Assembly: GCF_009914755.1 (NCBI RefSeq)
Contig: NC_060932.1
Origin: the human T2T-CHM13v2.0 reference genome, Homo sapiens
DNA length: 64,000 nt
Strand: one strand, 5' to 3'
Part shown: one piece after another, positions 62,325 to 64,000 of the stretch
Position numbering within the stretch: the first letter of the stretch is position 1
Layout: each line of letters opens with the position of its first letter
Made by a program: the position numbers and the translations under genes
The notes under the pieces: generated by a model
Told to the model about the DNA's origin: nothing
The model's input: the letters and a program-made list of their open reading frames with translations, nothing else
Database searches by the model: none

Positions 62325-62579
62325 ATCTTTAAGGCTTCCTGAAATTCACCTCTCTGGTCATAATCCCATCTCCTCCTCTCAAATCTATTCTTCCACTTCA
62401 TTCAAACTTGAGTTCTTGTATTCCTGTTTTCTAGCATTCTAGAGAACATGGGTCACTTGCCTACCGGGGATCCATTACTCCTTTGTTCCACACCAACTAT
62501 TCCTTCCCCATACAGTCACTGTGTGGCCTAAGTGGATAGAAGTGGGAGATTTGTGACTCAGGCCTGGCCAACATATCTG

Positions 62580-62765
62580 TTCAACAAATATTTATATGAT
62601 GCTTACTCTGAGTGAGGCATTGTTCTAAGCACTTTATAAATGTTAGCTTATGTAACCCTCATAACAAGTCTATTAGATAAGTACTATTTATCATCTGCAT
62701 TTTAAAATGAGAAAACTAAGGCACAGAGAGGTTACATGATTTGCCCAGGGTGCACAGTTAGTAAG
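62580..62765 (-). mobile_element. MIR flanked by old MLT1-like sequence
   Basis: ttttaaaatgagaaaactaaggcacagagaggttacatgatttgccca. Confidence 0.65.
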
Positions 62766-64000
62766 CTTTGCTTTCTCTGAAGTGGGGTGATTCGTTCAGG
62801 GATGAATATGTGACCTACAAGCCAACAAGACCCAATTACTGGGGCTTCTTGGCAAGAGACTTTTGGTTTTCTCCCCTGGACATGAAGCTGGGGTGGCTGT
62901 GAAAAGCAGTGCAGCCACCTGGTGATAACAGGGAGAAAGCTTCTTTGAGGATGGAGCCATGGTAGAACTGAGAGAAAGGAAAAGAAGGAAGAGACCGAAA
63001 CAGTCCCAATGACAAAATGGGAGTTCCTGAGCAGACTGCCTGTAGCCAGCCTACTCCTGGCCACTTCAGTTTGGTGAGTCAGTGAATTCTCTTTCTCCTT
63101 AAAGCGGTTTGGGTTGAGTTATCTTTCACTGGAAATCAAAAGATTCCTCAAGGGTACAGTTCAGTTCACCAATCTCTCAATTCAGCATACATATCTTTTA
63201 CTATTATAAGGTCAATTGATGAAAAAATGATATGCTTATGAACATAAACACTTAAATATTTAAATATTTCGTTTTGGTAGCATAGTATTACACAGAAAAA
63301 TCATAATTCACACAGATAAGCATCATATACACATAATTTCATAAGCACAAGTGCAAATGAGCCTGGTTTGTTTTTCTCAAAAGGCCAATGCAAAACTGTA
63401 AATGTCCAAATCAGTGACACACTTACAAAAAGTATGCACAAAGATGGCAGAAACTGTATTTTTACCTCCATTCTGGTGTAAACTCCTTTGCCTGATTTAA
63501 GTCCCCCTTGATCTGCTGAAATACTGGCCAAATCAGAGTCTCTTGATAATCTTCGTTTATGTGGATGCTTATGCTGCATTCAGCACTGTTTGCCTTCTGG
63601 TTTCCTTGCTGTCTTGCTTCGGATTCTCTGATAGTTCACTTCTTTGGTTTTTCTCTTTTCCTTTTGTGTTTCCATTTTTCCCACTTGTGTCTCCCGAGTG
63701 CTGGCATCCCCCAGGATTTTATTCCCAATAGAAATTTTCAGTATTAGTATAAGTAGTACGTAGGATACAGGCTTAGCTGCTGTGACAAAAAGACAACCCC
63801 TCCCCAAATTAATCAACAACAGTGCTCCAACGAGAAAGAAGTTTATTTTTCCTCCACTTGCTAGTCTGGAGCTACGCAGGCAGTCCAGGGCGGTGCCCCG
63901 GTTCGTCCTGTCCTGCTCTACCACCATTCCTAGGTGGTATCCTCATTTTCATGCTGAGGACTGCCGTACCAGCACCGTGTCAATGTTATAAACTGTCGCA

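Overview
Primate (human-like, Alu-rich) genomic DNA containing one protein-coding gene, ODF1/HSPB10 (sperm outer dense fiber protein 1, a small heat-shock family member), on the + strand. It has two coding exons (16018-16337 and 24739-25144) and an 8401-nt GT-AG intron, giving a 241-aa protein. That is 9 residues shorter in the C-X-P repeat tail than the 250-aa human reference as I recall it. Most of the rest is transposon debris: roughly 40 Alu/FLAM copies, MaLR/ERV solo LTRs, L1M, L2, MIR, hAT and Tigger elements, several of them nested. Nearly all other ORFs in the track are repeat-derived. I see no new multi-gene system. The most unusual items are: (1) a TSD-flanked, A-tailed 22-nt insert matching the 5' end of tRNA-Asp(GTC) at 59726-59797; (2) a perfect 14-bp inverted repeat with a CRE-like apex beside a CTCF-like motif at 49553-49606; (3) two short locally duplicated segments; (4) a multi-layer LTR/Alu nest. 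Repeat subfamily names come from recalled consensus sequences and repeat boundaries are approximate.
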